Of a DNA stretch of 32,000 nt, positions 1-6,545 are shown one piece after another. Numbering within the stretch: position 1 is the first letter of the stretch; each line of letters begins with the position of its first letter. The notes beneath the pieces were generated by a model that made no database searches, was not told the origin of the DNA, and saw only the letters and a program-made list of their open reading frames with translations. The position numbers were made by a program, and so were the translations under genes. The stretch comes from Acaryochloris marina S15 (GTDB lineage: Bacteria > Cyanobacteriota > Cyanobacteriia > Thermosynechococcales > Thermosynechococcaceae): positions 510,001-542,000 of the forward strand of contig NZ_CP064923.1 of assembly GCF_018336915.1 (NCBI RefSeq), read 5' to 3'.

Positions 1-1009
1 GTTTCGCCTCAAGGATGGTCTGAATCTGGGGATTCCCATCGATACTGCTATTGAGGTCTTTGGCTTGGAGCAGCTCGCTCCCACGGTGGCTCAAGCGCCT
101 GAATCGGAGTCTCAACCCCCTGAGCCTGAGCCGCCAGCGGAAGAGACTCCCTCGCCTGAATCCGATTTGGCGAGCTTCACCTTTGAGGTTCTGGGGGTGA
201 ATGACAAGGGCCAGGTGCGTAAACGGACCCAACAGTCGGCCCAATACTATCGCCAACCCCTGGTAGAAGGAGTGGACTTGGAGATGGTGTCTATTCCAGA
301 GGGACAGTTCACGATGGGCTCCCCTGTGACCGAAACCCATCGAGAGAAAAACGAAGATCCCAAACATGTGGTGGATGTCCCTGGGTTTTTTATGGGGAAA
401 TATCCCATTACCCAAGCCCAATGGCAGGCCATTATGGGGGACAATCCCTCTAAATTTCAGGGGGCCAATCATCCCGTCGATCAGGTCAGCTGGTTTTTAG
501 CAGAAGAGTTTTGCCAAAAGCTATCGGTGGCCACGGGGCAGGATTACCGTTTGCCCAGCGAAGCGGAATGGGAATATGCAGCGCGAGCAGGCACCCACAC
601 GCCATTTCACTTTGGTAAGACTATCACCACAGATCTGGCCAATTACGACGGCAATTACACCTATGACAAAGGGCCGAAAGGAACCTTCAGACGAAAAACA
701 CTGGGAGTTGACCAATTCACGGGCAATGGGTTTGGCCTCTTCAATATGCATGGTCAAGTTTGGGAATGGTGTTTAGACCATTGGCATGATCATTACAAGG
801 GGGCTCCCACTGATGGCACCGCCTGGATTGAGAAAGGAGACCCGAAACTGCAGCGAGTACGACGAGGGGGATCTTGGTATGATAGCCCCCATGCTTGCCG
901 GTCTGCCTTTCGCTACCGTTCCCATCCTTATACCTATAAAAGTTCGTTTGGGTTACGGGTTGTCTTGCCAATCCTAAAGCCCTCGGTTGAGATAATTGCG
1001 GTGCCGTAG
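1..1009 (+). CDS. 3' portion of a trypsin-like serine protease / FGE-sulfatase (SUMF1-type) fusion protein; 5' end lies outside the window
   Basis: Frame 2 is open from base 2 (FRLKDGLNLGIPIDTAIEVFG). This aligns with VRIKDGLNLGIPINTAITAFG near the end of the protease domain of the 4904..6526 product, so the ATG at 65 is internal. A P/E-rich linker follows, then FGE-sulfatase motifs GKYPITQAQW, RLPSEAEWEYAARAG, MHGQVWEWCLD, RRGGSWY, GLRVV. Confidence 0.8.
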   Translation, partial: FRLKDGLNLGIPIDTAIEVFGLEQLAPTVAQAPESESQPPEPEPPAEETPSPESDLASFTFEVLGVNDKGQVRKRTQQSAQYYRQPLVEGVDLEMVSIPEGQFTMGSPVTETHREKNEDPKHVVDVPGFFMGKYPITQAQWQAIMGDNPSKFQGANHPVDQVSWFLAEEFCQKLSVATGQDYRLPSEAEWEYAARAGTHTPFHFGKTITTDLANYDGNYTYDKGPKGTFRRKTLGVDQFTGNGFGLFNMHGQVWEWCLDHWHDHYKGAPTDGTAWIEKGDPKLQRVRRGGSWYDSPHACRSAFRYRSHPYTYKSSFGLRVVLPILKPSVEIIAVP

Positions 1010-1363
1010 ATTCCCTAGGGAAGTAGAAAATATTGAGGGACGTATCCATGAGTTGTTCAGGGTCAACTCTTCCAGTCTCGGTATTAGACCTCTTGCAATA
1101 TGCGTTTCATGATGGGCTACCAACTCAATTTATGCCGCCCGTGATCTGACTTGGAGTACTAGGCCTCTACCATATCGGTAATTGAATTATGTAATAGGTC
1201 TAATGACATAACGATATGACTTGGGGTAGTGATCTAACGAAATCTTCAGTAGCGACAATGAGTCGTTTGCTGCAAAACATTGTTTGCTAACTCTTTCACT
1301 GGGGGCTGATCAACTGTATATCTATCTTGAGAAGCAGGTTGACGAACATTGCACCTCCTGTCT

Positions 1364-4363
1364 TCAGGGGTGTTCTGGCGCTGTAGCCAGTGACTTAAGA
1401 AGCTTCTGCAAACCAGCTTCGCGTTTTGTTTCTGGAAACAGATCGATGTGCTGAATCCGCTCCAATGTTCGCGTGTCGTCAATCTCAATGGGTGGAACAT
1501 CGCATTTCGCTAACCGCACGGGAAAGATGTAGGAATGTCCAGGGCCGAACTGTCTGAAGGTGGTAATTGCGTCGCGTATTTCGGGATAGACACCAGAACG
1601 ATAACGCTCCTTGGTCAAGTCCGGCGACAGGCAGACCACTACGGCATAGGCATTTTTCATCGCCTCGCGTATTGCTTCCTTCCAGTCACGACCGCCAAGA
1701 ATGAACTCATCCCACCACACTAATTCGCCTGCATTTCCCAGATCTTCAACCAGCCGCGAAACGTCGTCCTTGTTGTCGTGGCAATAAGATATAAAAACGT
1801 GCTTCTCTCCCATTTTTTTTCTCTCCTCTCGTCTTTGCCCTTGGCGTTTATTCTGATAGCGAATTGAATCGATGCCGTTCAGCAATTCTGTTACCGAATA
1901 GCATTTGTCCGCTCCAACCGGGAAGTACTTACTTTCACCATGTTCCCCCAGCTTCAAAAGGTGATCATACGGCACCGTAACGTCTGGTCTGTCTGGCAAT
2001 GGCACTTCCTCTGTGGGGGCCAGCGTCGGAATTGTCGAATGAACGTAACGGAAAGCGTCACGTACAACAGCAAGGCTTTCTTTCCGGTTCTTGATCGCTC
2101 CTTGCACCGCTATAAATACCTTGTTTTTCTCTATGTCTCCGCGAACAAGAACCGTGTTGCCATCAATCTTCAGTACTGTCCCGCTTCGCCAACTGAGATT
2201 TTGGTTCACATGCTGGTGCATCCGCACAATGAAGCGACAGATCACACCGGCTGGTAGGACAGTATAAGCATATTGGAAGTTCAATGATTCTTGAGGCTTC
2301 CATTGGAGCGTCTTAGGCTCTTTTGGGTCGAGCAGTTCCGGGATCAGCCAGTGTGTCTGCTTGCGATGATCAATTTGATAGGCCAACTCAAACTGCATCA
2401 TCTTGCGCACGATGAAATCATGACGGTTTTTGGGATATCCTTCAAGCGTGTTCAGCACTGCTGAAAGCTGCTGACAACTTAGGAGACCGTCTCGTTTCTC
2501 TTTCAGGTTCTTGTCATTGATGATTGCATAAACACCATCAGTTACCCATTCAGGATTGAGGACGTAGGGATCGTTCTGACCATAGGGATCGTCGGGGTCC
2601 TGGAAGTTAAGGACTACGCCTAGATCGTGCAGAAAACGGATCAAGCGATCTTGGTTTTCAGACTTCTTGACATTATAGCGACTGGAAATCTTACGATAGT
2701 CTTCAATTGGGATGTAGTTTCTCTCAGCCGCTGCCTGCTCTAGTTCGGCCATAACATCAAAGTAGCTCTGCGGCAGTTCATTAAAGACGTGCGGCAGGCG
2801 ACGGATATGCTTGCCGATCTCGCGGCGAAGTTTCGCGATTCCTTGGCCTGTGGAACAACTTGTCTGGATGAAACCTTGGATGTTCGGGTAGTCTTGTATC
2901 AGGCGCGTTTCATTCAGTTCGTGGGGATGCTGATCGCTTTTATTTATCACCACTAGCACGGGCGACTCACCCCCGTAGCTCTGGATGATCTTTAGCCAGT
3001 AATGGATGTTACTCTCCTTTTCGCCAGCGCGTGCGTCGATCACGAGGAGGTAGAGACTGCGGCGCGTGAGGAAAAACTGGTGCGTGGCGTGCATAATTTC
3101 CTGGCCGCCAAAATCCCAGATATGGACGTTGATCCGCTCGAACTTACCGCCAGTGCCTTTCTTGCCTTGGACGTCCCAGTTATCGATATTGATGCCTTCG
3201 GTCGGCAGCTCGCCAAGATTGCACGGCTTGTTTTGGATAAGGTAGTGAACCAGCGAAGTCTTGCCTACGCCACCCTGACCGACCAATAACATCTTCGCTT
3301 CGTTTAGCCGTCGCGCAGGTTCAGTCCGCGATTGCAAGTACCAGGCCAGGATTGACTTTGGATCGGCTGGAGCTTTCTCTCCGCTAAATGATATTGTAGA
3401 TTCAATCAAGGTCGGGCCAAGGACCTCTGGCGGAATGCCCAACGCCTCGTTGTCTTGGAGGAAGAGGCCTTCCAGTAACTCACAGTTGTCCAGCGACTCA
3501 GGCAGCGCCGTCAATTGGTTTGCTTCAAGATCAAGCAAACGTAGTTTTTTAAGCTGGTTGATTGATTTTGGTAATGTCTTCAGCTTATTAGTATTATCAC
3601 CCCAATATGTTTGACGATTCTGTTCCTTGACAAACTTCCCTAAGTAGAGATTCTGTAGATTCGAGAGAGAGCCTAGCCACCCCGGTAGCACTTCAAGAGA
3701 TGTCGTAGCAGCTCCAAGCGTGATCAACAGAGTGAGCCGTGCCAAAGATGATGGCAACTTTTTGAGTCGGTTACTTGAAATTTCTAATTCAGTCAGTTGT
3801 GTAAGCTGGCCCAGCGACTCCGGCAGCGCCGTCAGTTGGTTCCTGCTGAGGTTCAGCGATTGCAACTGGGAGAGCTGGCCCAGCGACTCCGGCAGCGCCG
3901 TCAGTTGGTTGTTGGTGAGGTCCAGCGTCTGCAACTGGGAGAGCCGACCCAACGACTCCGGCAGCGCCGTCAGTTGGTTGCTGCTGAGGTTCAGCGATTG
4001 CAACTGGGAGAGCTGGCCCAGCGACTCCGGCAGCGCCGTCAGTTGGTTGTTGCTGAGGTTCAGCGATTGCAACTGGGAGAGCCGACCCAACGACTCCGGC
4101 AGCGCCGTCAGTTGGTTGTTGGTGAGGTCCAGCGTCTGCAACTGGGAGAGCCGACCCAACGACTCCGGCAGCGCCGTCAGTTGGTTGCTGCGGAGGTTCA
4201 GCGATTGCAACTGGGAGAGCTGGCCCAGCGACTCTGGCAGCTCAGTAAGCTTTTCAGAGTTATCAGCATTCCAATTACATCTCAGATCGAGCTTGGTCGC
4301 TCCGGTATGCCGCGCTTCGGCGATTTTACGTTCGGCCTTTTGATATGGCGTTTCTGTTGCCAT
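1364..4363 (-). CDS. LRR - Roc GTPase - COR - TIR multidomain protein (ROCO family with C-terminal TIR effector)
   Basis: About eleven 23-aa LRRs (LTALPESLGxLSQLQxLxLxxNQ, aa 39-300). Roc G-motifs GQGGVGKTS (K368), DFGGQ (D417), NKSD (N474). COR-like region aa ~525-835 (LPQSYFDV, FLHDLGVVLNF). TIR-like domain aa ~853-980 (KHVFISYCHDNKDDV, WWDEFILGGRDW, SGVYPEIRDAI). Confidence 0.9.
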   Translation of the reverse strand: MATETPYQKAERKIAEARHTGATKLDLRCNWNADNSEKLTELPESLGQLSQLQSLNLRSNQLTALPESLGRLSQLQTLDLTNNQLTALPESLGRLSQLQSLNLSNNQLTALPESLGQLSQLQSLNLSSNQLTALPESLGRLSQLQTLDLTNNQLTALPESLGQLSQLQSLNLSRNQLTALPESLGQLTQLTELEISSNRLKKLPSSLARLTLLITLGAATTSLEVLPGWLGSLSNLQNLYLGKFVKEQNRQTYWGDNTNKLKTLPKSINQLKKLRLLDLEANQLTALPESLDNCELLEGLFLQDNEALGIPPEVLGPTLIESTISFSGEKAPADPKSILAWYLQSRTEPARRLNEAKMLLVGQGGVGKTSLVHYLIQNKPCNLGELPTEGINIDNWDVQGKKGTGGKFERINVHIWDFGGQEIMHATHQFFLTRRSLYLLVIDARAGEKESNIHYWLKIIQSYGGESPVLVVINKSDQHPHELNETRLIQDYPNIQGFIQTSCSTGQGIAKLRREIGKHIRRLPHVFNELPQSYFDVMAELEQAAAERNYIPIEDYRKISSRYNVKKSENQDRLIRFLHDLGVVLNFQDPDDPYGQNDPYVLNPEWVTDGVYAIINDKNLKEKRDGLLSCQQLSAVLNTLEGYPKNRHDFIVRKMMQFELAYQIDHRKQTHWLIPELLDPKEPKTLQWKPQESLNFQYAYTVLPAGVICRFIVRMHQHVNQNLSWRSGTVLKIDGNTVLVRGDIEKNKVFIAVQGAIKNRKESLAVVRDAFRYVHSTIPTLAPTEEVPLPDRPDVTVPYDHLLKLGEHGESKYFPVGADKCYSVTELLNGIDSIRYQNKRQGQRREERKKMGEKHVFISYCHDNKDDVSRLVEDLGNAGELVWWDEFILGGRDWKEAIREAMKNAYAVVVCLSPDLTKERYRSGVYPEIRDAITTFRQFGPGHSYIFPVRLAKCDVPPIEIDDTRTLERIQHIDLFPETKREAGLQKLLKSLATAPEHP
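3767..4249 (-). repeat. Seven near-identical 69-bp tandem coding repeats (one LRR each)
   Basis: The plus-strand motif cca(g/a)cgactccggcagcgccgtcagttggtt recurs at 3811, 3880, 3949, 4018, 4087, 4156 and 4225, an exact 69-bp (23-codon) period. Confidence 0.9.
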
Positions 4364-4439
4364 TGTCAGTCTTGCTTTAATATTTTTCCAGTTATACCTC
4401 GAAAAATGATGATTATCGAAAACTTAAAGCCTGATCTCT

Positions 4440-4521
4440 AAGGAAATGTCTGAGCGGTCTGCCAACCCGGCTTAAACAATAAGGAAATGTCTGAGCAGAC
4501 TGCCAACCCGGCTTGAACGAT
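4440..4521. repeat. Two tandem copies of a 41-bp intergenic direct repeat
   Basis: aaggaaatgtctgagcggtctgccaacccggcttaaacaat (4440..4480) is followed directly by aaggaaatgtctgagcagactgccaacccggcttgaacgat (4481..4521). The copies differ at a few positions only. Confidence 0.85.
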
Positions 4522-4903
4522 TCGGTCGAGGCAGAGACCTGAGTCTTTCCAGTTTATAGTTGCTGCCTTGACCGCAGTGTTGGCCATTGGTCCAAATCAT
4601 GGCTAGACGGTTTATGGTTCAACTCAGTGCAGGTTAAGTCACCACACTCAATAGCCATGCCGCTGCCAAGCAAGCGATCCGTTGTACATGATTCCAGCGA
4701 TCCCATTGAATTAAGAGAGCGACGCCATAGGGCTAAGCCTTGGGTGCACTTCGGATCGACCTGAAGCCACGGCGACTAAAGTCGCTCGCCGACAGGATTA
4801 CTATCAGCCAACCAGCCCGGATAGCCTTCTGAACCCGAGACATTCCTAAATTGAGCGGATACATTAGGAATAAGGGTTTTGCAGAGTATTGATATAGGTT
4901 GGA

Positions 4904-6526
4904 ATGGGCATTAAGCGACGTCAGTTTTTGTGGTTCGGGGGGACTGCTGTTCTTAGTTTGGCCTCTTCCCCATGGTCTTTAGCCAAGTCGGTGCGGGATA
5001 TTCGCCAAATTGCCCGCCGCATTACCGTTCGCATTATGACTCAAGGCCCCTCTGGTTCCGGGGTGTTGATCAAGCGGAATGACAATATCTACACCGTGCT
5101 AACGGCGGCCCATGTGATCAAAAACTCTAACCGGGGCGAGGAAGCCTATGTGGAAACCTATGACGGTGAAACCCATCTCCTCAACACTCAATTGATGCAG
5201 GTGGATGCCAAAGCGGATATTGCGATCGCAACCTTCACTACCAACAACAACTATCGCGTCACAGACATCGGCAAGTTTAAAAACCTCGGTATTTTGGATG
5301 ATATTTATGTGGGGGGCTATCCTCTAGCCGATCAGGCCATTTCCGTCTCCACCATTACCCTCACCCGTGGAGAGGTGGCCTCCATTGGTGAATTTGAGGA
5401 TGGCTATGGATTTTCCTACACCGCCGTCACCAAGGCAGGCATGAGTGGTGGCCCCGTATTGGATCGAGAAGGTCGTCTGATTGGCATTCATGGACGGGCA
5501 GCGGGGCGACGGCTCCAGGAGGTGCGGATTAAGGATGGCCTGAATTTGGGGATACCGATCAATACTGCGATCACAGCATTTGGCCTGGGTAATAAGTACA
5601 GGCCCCTCACTGCGGAGCAACCTGAAAACCCTGAACAACCTCCTTCTGAACCCACGGAAAAAGAGACCACGGAGGAGCCACCCGAACAGAAGACCCTGCC
5701 CGGACTGTCCCGGTTTGCCTTTGAAGTGGTTGGCGTCAATGCAACAGGCCAGATCCAAAAGCGAAGCCGTCAGTCTGCCCAGTATTATCGCCAAGATCTG
5801 AAAGAAGGACAGTCCCTGGATATGGTCTATATCCCTGGGGGACGGTTTAGCATGGGCTCTCCGGCGGCGGAAGCCAATCGCCAAAAAAGCGAAGGTCCCC
5901 AACATCAGGTGATAGTGCCCACCTTTTTTATGGGCAAATACCCCATTACCCAAGCCCAGTGGCAAGCGGTGATGGGTGAGAATCCATCGAAGTTTCAGGG
6001 GGCGAATCGTCCCGTTGAGCGAGTGAGTTGGGAAGCCGCCACGGAATTTTGCCAGAAACTTTCGGAACTCACGGGGCAGGAATATCGCTTACCCAGCGAG
6101 GCCGAATGGGAATTTGCCGCCCGCGCCGGGACGAGTTCTCCGTTTTGCGTCGGTGCAACCTTAACCACAGAGATAGCCAACTACGACGGCAACTATACCT
6201 ATGGTCGCGGCCCTCGTGGCACCTTTAGAAAGGCCACCACTCCTGTAGGCCAGTTTGCCCCTAATACATTGGGCCTCTACGACATGCATGGTCAAGTCTG
6301 GGAATGGTGCCAAGATCATTGGCATGACACCTATAAAGGAGCACCCACGAATGGATCGGCTTGGGTGAAGCAAGATGATCTGCGATCTCACCGGGTTCGA
6401 CGCGGGGGATCTTGGTACGATGGCCCTCATGCCTGCCGGTCAGCGTTTCGCTATCGCTCGTTGCCCAGCAACTTCCAGAACTCCTATGGCCTGAGAGTGG
6501 TGTGCCAAGACTTAAAGGATATTTAG
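4904..6526 (+). CDS. Exported trypsin-like serine protease fused to an FGE-sulfatase (SUMF1-type) domain
   Basis: Tat-like signal MGIKRRQFLWFGGTAVLSLASSPWSLA. Chymotrypsin-fold triad contexts TAAHV (His), ADIAIA (Asp), GMSGGPV (Ser). P/E-rich linker (PENPEQPPSEPTEKETTEEPPEQ). FGE-domain motifs GKYPITQAQW, RLPSEAEWEFAARAG, MHGQVWEWCQD, RRGGSWY, GLRVV. Confidence 0.85.
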   Translation: MGIKRRQFLWFGGTAVLSLASSPWSLAKSVRDIRQIARRITVRIMTQGPSGSGVLIKRNDNIYTVLTAAHVIKNSNRGEEAYVETYDGETHLLNTQLMQVDAKADIAIATFTTNNNYRVTDIGKFKNLGILDDIYVGGYPLADQAISVSTITLTRGEVASIGEFEDGYGFSYTAVTKAGMSGGPVLDREGRLIGIHGRAAGRRLQEVRIKDGLNLGIPINTAITAFGLGNKYRPLTAEQPENPEQPPSEPTEKETTEEPPEQKTLPGLSRFAFEVVGVNATGQIQKRSRQSAQYYRQDLKEGQSLDMVYIPGGRFSMGSPAAEANRQKSEGPQHQVIVPTFFMGKYPITQAQWQAVMGENPSKFQGANRPVERVSWEAATEFCQKLSELTGQEYRLPSEAEWEFAARAGTSSPFCVGATLTTEIANYDGNYTYGRGPRGTFRKATTPVGQFAPNTLGLYDMHGQVWEWCQDHWHDTYKGAPTNGSAWVKQDDLRSHRVRRGGSWYDGPHACRSAFRYRSLPSNFQNSYGLRVVCQDLKDI

Positions 6527-6545
6527 GGGCCGATTTGAGACCCAG

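Noticed and set aside
800-1009. Possible diversity-generating retroelement target. FGE-sulfatase/C-type-lectin folds are classic DGR variable-protein scaffolds, and the two paralogs differ in the RGGSWY...FRYRS...GLRVV tail (see also 6380..6526).
   Set aside because: The window has no reverse transcriptase gene and no template-repeat copy of the tail. The differences are not confined to adenine-templated (AAY-type) codons. Ordinary paralog divergence explains them better.
1048-1149. A 33-aa ORF (MSCSGSTLPVSVLDLLQYAFHDGLPTQFMPPVI) with GAGGGA 7 nt upstream. A similar 21-aa ORF lies at 25713..25778 (MSMWRITPDGFGSLSGATLTG) after gaggtgaggg.
   Set aside because: Both are short, I recognise no conservation and neither has a terminator. 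SD-like purine runs occur by chance. They are flagged only so that a conservation search can be run.
3790-4250. A regularly spaced 69-bp repeat array that superficially resembles a CRISPR array.
   Set aside because: There are no unique spacers: whole units repeat head to tail. The period is exactly 23 codons and it translates as canonical LRRs inside a long ORF.
3720-4441. Two long plus-strand ORFs (207 aa and 214 aa) with repetitive products (…SAVSWLLLRFSDCNWES… / …QRLRQRRQLV…).
   Set aside because: They lie antisense to the 69-bp LRR repeats. The repeat unit has no stop codon in those frames, so the open frame simply propagates. The minus-strand LRR-Roc-COR-TIR reading is the biologically coherent one.
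4765-4800. The hairpin gcgac-taaa-gtcgc, reminiscent of the upper helix of group II intron domain V.
   Set aside because: The flanking bases do not form the lower helix with the AGC triad and 2-nt bulge. No domain VI and no IEP/RT ORF are nearby.
1010-4903. Absence of the HIP1 octamer (GCGATCGC) from the ROCO-TIR gene and its flanks, as a sign of horizontal acquisition.
   Set aside because: HIP1 density elsewhere is only about one per 2 kb, and the 3.3-kb CheA gene also has none. Zero in 3.9 kb is not statistically meaningful, so a proper compositional test is needed.
5324-5965. A 213-aa antisense ORF inside the protease-FGE gene. A similar 224-aa antisense ORF lies inside cheA at 8560..9234.
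   Set aside because: The products are low-complexity (R/G/S-rich) with no motifs. Both are fully embedded antisense to genes with strong domain signatures, which makes them typical shadow ORFs.
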